Positions 55,900-64,000 of a stretch of DNA of 64,000 nucleotides are shown in pieces; position 1 is the stretch's first letter, and each line of letters starts with the position of its first letter. Made by a program: the position numbers and the translations under genes. The notes beneath the pieces were generated by a model, which was not told where the DNA came from, did not search any database, and saw only the letters and a list, made by a program, of their open reading frames with translations. This DNA is from the human T2T-CHM13v2.0 reference genome, Homo sapiens, in NCBI RefSeq assembly GCF_009914755.1, contig NC_060929.1; one strand, written 5' to 3'.

Positions 55900-57408
55900 A
55901 CAAAGCAAGAAAACTTTTATTTACTACACTCACAAGTATGATTAAGTGTTCCTGTTTACTCTGGTAGGTTAAAATATCAAATATTAGTTCCCACAGAAGA
56001 ACTTTTTTTTAAACATCTAATCCTATTCGAAGGATAAAAGGGGAAAAACTCATTAAATGTTGAACACTGCCACTTTAAGTACCATTTTTGTCTTCGGGTG
56101 AATGTACATAAGACTAAATCATGATCCAACAATAGTTTTCTATTTGGTTTCACTAGTATCACTCAAAGAACTTGACACAGGCTAATGCTTTAACACTTTC
56201 TTATCTGAGACAAATTTAACTCTAAGAACATATGACTCAACAATGTACAAAGATTTAAGAATTTGCCAATCTGTCAATCATTTTAAAGAGTCCATATAAT
56301 ATACACATAGCAATATAATATTCATAACCAGAAACTGCACTAAGTAAACACATCATTTAGTTTAAGCTCTACCTGAAAACATGCTGTTTTATTAAAACAA
56401 AACCCAAAGACTTAAATCTCAAGTTATATGGTTTTACAATTAAGTCTTACTGAAGCAGCACAGATTTCCTTTCTTACAAACAAGTTAATATGCAGGAAGA
56501 ACCCACAAAGTGCACACCAACAATGTGACAAATTGTAATATGTGAAATACAAATAAATCCTGAAGTTAATCTGAAGAATGTCAAGGAGTTACCAGAGAGG
56601 TTATGTAGTGCCCTTGATTTTTATTTTACCTACAAGTCTACAAATTCTAAAATTTACTCAATTGATTTAACTTTTTTAATAAACAGCACCAGTCTTGCCC
56701 ATTGATACAATTAAAATTTGACCTTCTCAGTTCTTAGTTCACAAGTTTATTATGAAAAACACTGCAGTGCTCTTGTGCAGTCACATCGTCTTACAGGAAG
56801 GGGAAAAAACAGTTCTGTTCAAAACAACTCACCAGGTTCTGACAATAACAAAGAACAACATGGGGCTGAGATTTGAGTAGGGAATAAACTGAGTGCAGAC
56901 AAATCATATAATTAAATTAAACGGTATCCCTGAAAATAAAAAGAACAATTTCAAAACTCACAAGTAGAAGGGAGGCCTTGGTAATTATTTTTAAAAATGT
57001 TCATTAAGCTCCAATGATTGTTTGCTGCTATCCTTATCTACAGTCATGCTGAGTAAAGCTATAGCTAAATGGAAGTTAAATTGTATTCACGAGGTGTTAA
57101 TGTTTACATCTTATTATCTGCAGTCTCTCAGAGAAAGCAAAAGTAACTACAAATAGCGCTATGCCAGAAACTGGTTTCTTGACCAACAATGTCGCTTCAG
57201 CATGCAATGAACTGGTTCATTCTAAAGTGGTCACGGCTGTTGATGACAAGAGGCTTTGTATTTTTATATGGCACATCTTTTGGTCCATGTGAAAACAAGT
57301 TTTTTGAATGTTAACTATTTTCTGACACTTTGGAGTTACTGTTGCTCTTCCCATTTCCATTAGGTCGATATATGGTTCATGGCAATACTGTACAAGTTTA
57401 AAATTTCA
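55900..57408 (-). other. PPP2CA: PPP2CA 3' UTR with several candidate poly(A) signals (distal end uncertain)
   Basis: Repeat-free, AT-rich. Minus-strand AATAAA at 56746, 56620, 56388 and 55916. Confidence 0.72.
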
Positions 57409-57481
57409 TTACAGGAAGTAGTCTGGGGTACGACGAGTAACATGTGGCTCGCCTCTACGAGGTGCTGGGTCAAACTGCAAG
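57409..57481 (-). CDS. PPP2CA: PPP2CA last exon coding part, (F)[23 protein letters not shown]-stop
   Basis: tttttcag acceptor. Invariant PP2A-C tail TPDYFL, TAA at 57411-57409. Confidence 0.97.
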
Positions 57482-57745
57482 CTGAAAAACAAGACCGATT
57501 CATGGTTTATGTTCCACGACCTCCATGTAGTGACAATCAAGATCAAGAACATGAGTCTTCCAAACTTTACACTTCCTATTCAATTTTGGCTTGTCTTAAT
57601 GTAACAGAACCTTAATGATAATGGTCTGTTAACTGTACTCCCCTTGAAAGAGTCAAGGCAACTTCAGCCACAGAGACTATGCTTTTATAAAAACATGGTT
57701 TTTACCTTGACTGAAATTTCAAACAAAACAAAACAAAACATGGTT

Positions 57746-58675
<930 letters not shown>

Positions 58676-58725
58676 AAACCCTACATATTCAGTAATGCAA
58701 GAAAATGTTCAGGTAGAATTACTTA

Positions 58726-58875
<150 letters not shown>

Positions 58876-59962
58876 TTACTCCCTCAATTCAACTAAATGT
58901 TACTTCACTCAAGAGAGAAAAAAATCTCTACTCATTCCCACCCCTGCCAAAGGGGCTTAAGAAATGTTAATGCTTTTTTTCTGGATGACTTAATAATCTC
59001 CTGTACTTTATACAACCTGTAAGGTACACATGTATTTATTTTCCCCCTAATTACAAAACTTGTTTTTTTTTTAGTACTTTAAAAAAAAAAAAGGCTTTAA
59101 CAAACAGCAGCAACCACCAAAGAATGAAATACTTCTCATGTATCTGCCTTGCTGTAAATGACAATGTCTCATTAGCCTCTTCTCTTGCAGTGGCCTTAAA
59201 ACATGATTTAAGAATAAGTATTTAAGTGGCCATTCCCTAGAGAAGTAGATACTTAATCCTGGAGACCAGAACCTTACCAATTTTGTCAGTCACAGGTAAA
59301 GGCCTGTTAAGTTGGTCACTGCCCAGGAACAAATGCAATATGCCTCTAGGATCTCCAGCCTCATTTCCTCAAAGTCCATCCACCTGAATGCATGAGCTAC
59401 TTTTGTTACTTTTTGTTTAGTATTGTTCACAAATTTCTTTACCTTTAGCAAAGTCAGATTTTATTGATAACCACAGAGTTGTACTAGTATTAATCTAATT
59501 AGGACCTTATTTTAAAAATATTCTAATCAGTGTGCCATGTCAAGAACCTTTGCCTCTTTCCCTTCTTTCAAATCACCTGTAATCCTAGCATCCAAAGGAC
59601 CACTTAAAACATTTTCGTGTATTTCTTTCCAGTCTCTCCTACATACATACATTAAATATACGAAATAACATTGGGATCATAAAATATCATACATGCACAC
59701 CAACTCCCTATATCTTACTTTCCCACTCTTAAATCTCAAGTACTTCCTAGTCATTCAGATTTCTCTGAAAACATGTTAATGGATTCATTGTAATCAAAAG
59801 CTTGAGCTTTTAATTCTAGTAGTGTGCATCTACTGAAAAGGCTCAGGCTATAATGATAAACTCATCAGAAGGAATAGATGGAATTTCTCACAAATGTCAT
59901 TAATTTAAAACTCCCTAATATCTTCTTTCCTTAAGTTTACTAAAAAAACAAGTCATATTTCA

Positions 59963-60139
<177 letters not shown>

Positions 60140-60624
60140 CTAAAAAATAACTTCAAGTTATAAAATGCCTTTTACAAACATGGTTAACACATTATTTGAG
60201 TAATTCATCAGAAGCAGCACCCTAAGCCACCCTTTTTGAGTGATGTTTGTGGACAATGCTAATAGACTGTGCAGTTGAAGTCAAACATCTGCATCAAATA
60301 AGATGTATTTTCCAGCAGACTTTATGAGACACAGCTGACATCCATGGGACCCAGCAGCAACATGCCCTAATTAATCTGCCTATATTATGCAAATTTCAGA
60401 GTCTAAGACAGACAACCCAGGTCCTAATAAGCCCAGCTTCACAGCTGTTGTGATCTTGGCAGGTTTCTTAATGTCAGCTTCTTTTGAACAACAGGGCAGA
60501 CAAGAGTGCTCACACCTCAAGTTGTTTTTGAGAATTATATGAGAGAATACATCTAATGAACTTACAATTAAACTTCTCCACTCCCTAATAAGTTTTCTGA
60601 AAGAATTTTATCAAATAAAAGTCA

Positions 60625-60920
<296 letters not shown>

Positions 60921-61466
60921 CCCCATCACTTGGCCCCTCTGGTGTTTCTGTGCTCTGCCTTAATGAGACTTGACTTTGCAGGGTTCATCTTTGCTCCAGC
61001 CCACTCTGAACTATTGAGTACACTCCTGTTCTTCCTAATAGACCATCGCTGTCACAACCAGACTCCACTTCAAACAGCTCCTTTGAGAAAACTTCTTGGA
61101 TATCACTCCTGCCCTTTGCCAGAGACTAGTATCTTCATACTCATAAAATTTTATTGTAAGTTCTTTTGTGTGCACATCTACCTAGGCCAATAATTAGCTC
61201 CTTACATCTCCCAGACTTGTCCAAAAACAGTCTGAGAGGGTAAATGGGCTACATCACCCACCCCTGTGATCCCACCATACAGTTCAGTGCCTGATATAAA
61301 GAATAATGCACTTAAAAAAGTTGGACACATTTGTCAAATTAAATTTTTTTTAAGTTTGAATGAATGCTATCAATATCTATTAAAAAATAACCCCAAAGGG
61401 GTGTTAAGAGTGGAAAGAGTCATAAGCACCGGAACACTAAAGAAAGCAGATTCTCTGAAATAATCA

Positions 61467-61664
<198 letters not shown>

Positions 61665-61939
61665 CTAAAACAATAAAATGCAAAACATAAACAACTAGCT
61701 CTTTCAAAAACCAATGAAAATTCAAGAAACTTTCTATAGAAAAAAATGCAGTTACAATTTTGTTGAAAAAACAGCACACATCCTCATATCATAGTGAACC
61801 AAAACCACAGCTCTACAGAATTTTTAAATGCCCATGGGGTGTTTGCCCACCTCATCTCAACTAAAATCAAACTCCCTCTACCACCAACTTTATACCAAAC
61901 ATAAATCAATGGGCTATTAAAACCCCATAAATTACTTTA

Positions 61940-63003
61940 CGGTTCAGTAATTTTTCACAAATTTATAGTTATGCAACAATCACCACAATCCAGTTTTAGA
62001 ACCTTTCCATTATCCCAAAAAGATCCCTCCTGCAGTCACTCTCCACTCCCACTCCAGCTCCTGGCAACCACTGATTTACTTTCTGTCTTGAGTTTGTCTT
62101 TTCTAGAAATGTCATATAAATGGAATACAAAATGTAGTCTTTTGGCTAAATATCACTTAGAATATTTTTGAGGCTCACCCATGTTCTGGCATAGATCAGT
62201 GGTTTGTTCCTTTTCATAGTTGCACAGTCCTTCACTGTATGGCTATACCATTTTTTGTTTCTCTATTCACAGTTAAGATGAACTGGCAATTATGTTACTG
62301 AGGTTTTTGGCTACTATGAATAATGTTGCTATAATCATACACATGGAAGTTTTTCTGTGGACATATGCTTTCATTTCTTTTAGGAAGATTCCTAAGAATA
62401 TAATTGTTGGATCACCTGGTAACGTTTAACTTTTTGAGAAACAGTCAAACTGTTTTTCAAAGTAGCTAGACCATGTTATATTCCCACCAGCAATGCATGA
62501 AGAGTTTAATCTCCGGTATTAACCAACACTTGGTATTATCAACCTTACTGATTACTGCCATTCTAATAGATGTGAAGTAGTAACTCAGTTACTTTAATTT
62601 GCATTTCCCTGATTACAATTGATATCAAGCATCTTTTCATGTGCTCACTGACCACTCATGTATCATCTTCTTGGGTAAAATATCTATTCAAATATTTTGC
62701 CCATTTTACAATTATCTGTCTTGTTATTGAGCTGTAAAAGTTTTTTTTTTTTAAATATCTGAATACAAGTACTTTTTTTCTGGTGTCATCTTTTGAAAAA
62801 ACATAATCTTAATTTTGATAAAGTCCGATTTTTCAATTTTTTATGGACTGTGCTTTTGTTATATCTAAGAATCTTTAACTAACCTGACAAAGATTTTCTG
62901 ATTTATTCTAGAAGTTTTGTAGCTTTAGCTCTTACATTTAGTTCTATGATACATTCTGATCCATTTGCTTCAGCACCATTTACTGAAAGAAACATCCTTT
63001 CCC
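61940..63003 (-). mobile_element. Old L1M fragment
   Basis: caaactgttttcaaagtagc...attcccaccagcaatg...tttaatttgcatttccctgat...gcatcttttcatgtgc...cagcaccatttactgaaaga is reverse L1 ORF2/3' sequence. Confidence 0.85.
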
Positions 63004-63006
63004 CCG

Positions 63007-63362
63007 GTATTCTTTTGCTAAGGCTGCCACAACAAAGCATCAGAGAATAGGTGGCTTAAACAACAGAAATTTACTTCCTCACTGTTCCAGAGGCAGAAGT
63101 CCAAGATCAAGGTGTCAGCACAGTTGGTTTCTTCTGATGGCCTCTCTCCTTGATTTATGGATGCTCATCTTCTCCATCTGTCTTATCTTCTCCCCATCTG
63201 TGTCCTAATCTCTAATAAGGATACCACTTACACTGGATTAGGGTCCAACCATGTGACCCCACTTTACCTTAATTACCTGTCCAAATACAGTCACATTCTG
63301 AGGTGCTGTGGGTTAGGAGTTAGACAAATGAATTTTGGGGGCTACAATTCAGCCCATTAACC
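63007..63362. mobile_element. MLT1-type (MaLR) solo LTR
   Basis: ggtggcttaaacaacagaaattta...gaggc.agaagtccaagatcaaggtgtcagca...tttaccttaattacct...acaattcagccca. Confidence 0.85.
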
Positions 63363-63374
63363 TCCATGAGTAAG

Positions 63375-63578
63375 TTTTTTTCCCCCCAGATAGGATCTCA
63401 CTCTGTCGCCCAGGCTCAAATGCAGTGGAGTAGCTCACCGCAGCCTCAAATTCCTAGGCTCAAGCAATCCTCCCACCTCAGCCTCCAGAGTGGCTAGGAC
63501 TACAGCACATGTCACCATGTCTGGCTAAAATTGTTTTCTGAAGAGATGGGGTCTCACTAGGTTGCCCAGGCTGCTTGC
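63375..63578 (-). mobile_element. Partial AluJ
   Basis: Reverse right arm plus part of the left arm. Confidence 0.85.
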
Positions 63579-64000
63579 ATACTCTTAAAGGTAGCACATT
63601 CATTCCTCTGAGCACTGGGATTCATCCTGGGTTTTTAGCACAGGTTAGCTCTTTTCATAGTATTTGGAGTCACCGCAGAAACCTTCCACCATCTAGTCCA
63701 ACTCCTTCATTTTACAGATGCAGAAAATAACGATCTCCAAAAATATTTCGTAGGACTTTACACAATTCAGATATTAATCAAGAAAATTCAGCTCACGCTA
63801 AAACCACATCTCACTGCTTCTCTAATATTAGGAAAGTCTGTGACAGCCATTTATCATTTTGAATATTCTTTAATAATAAAAATCAGTCTGTTGCCTAGGG
63901 GGAAAAAAATCTCCCCAAGATTTTTGGGTAAAGGTAAAGTCAAACAATTTATTTCAAGGGAAAGGCGGAAGCCTGCCACCCTAACAGCTCTTTACCATCT

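Noticed and set aside
59272-59390. Possible cryptic exon in PPP2CA intron 5 (donor TTG|gtaagg)
   Set aside because: No convincing polypyrimidine tract or acceptor upstream.

Overview
This is eukaryotic, Alu-rich primate (apparently human) genomic DNA, so most of the supplied ORF track is noise and the real genes are spliced. The window holds three recognisable genes. (1) The 3' half of TCF7 (TCF-1) on + (425-~7845): a 93-nt cassette exon, the HMG-box exons, the basic tail, and a set of alternative C-terminal exons and acceptors including the CRARF/C-clamp E-tail. (2) The complete SKP1 gene on - (TSS ~36570, stop 17363; 492-nt CDS = 163 aa) with a CpG-island/TATA promoter. (3) Exons 3-7 and the 3' UTR of PPP2CA on - (61664 to stop 57409). 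The rest is Alu (many nested, with target-site duplications), L1, L2, MIR, MER2 and MLT1 sequence. I cannot support a wholly new system here. The best leads are: frame-compatible PPP2CA-to-SKP1 read-through splicing, a ~57-nt double-hairpin A-tailed retroposed unit at 13134, candidate poison exons in SKP1 intron 2, the multi-frame TCF7 3' end, a CTCF motif beside the TCF7 cassette exon, and a 13-nt miR-24 complement in the TCF7 3' UTR. Exon boundaries were read base by base. Repeat boundaries and subfamily calls are by eye and approximate.
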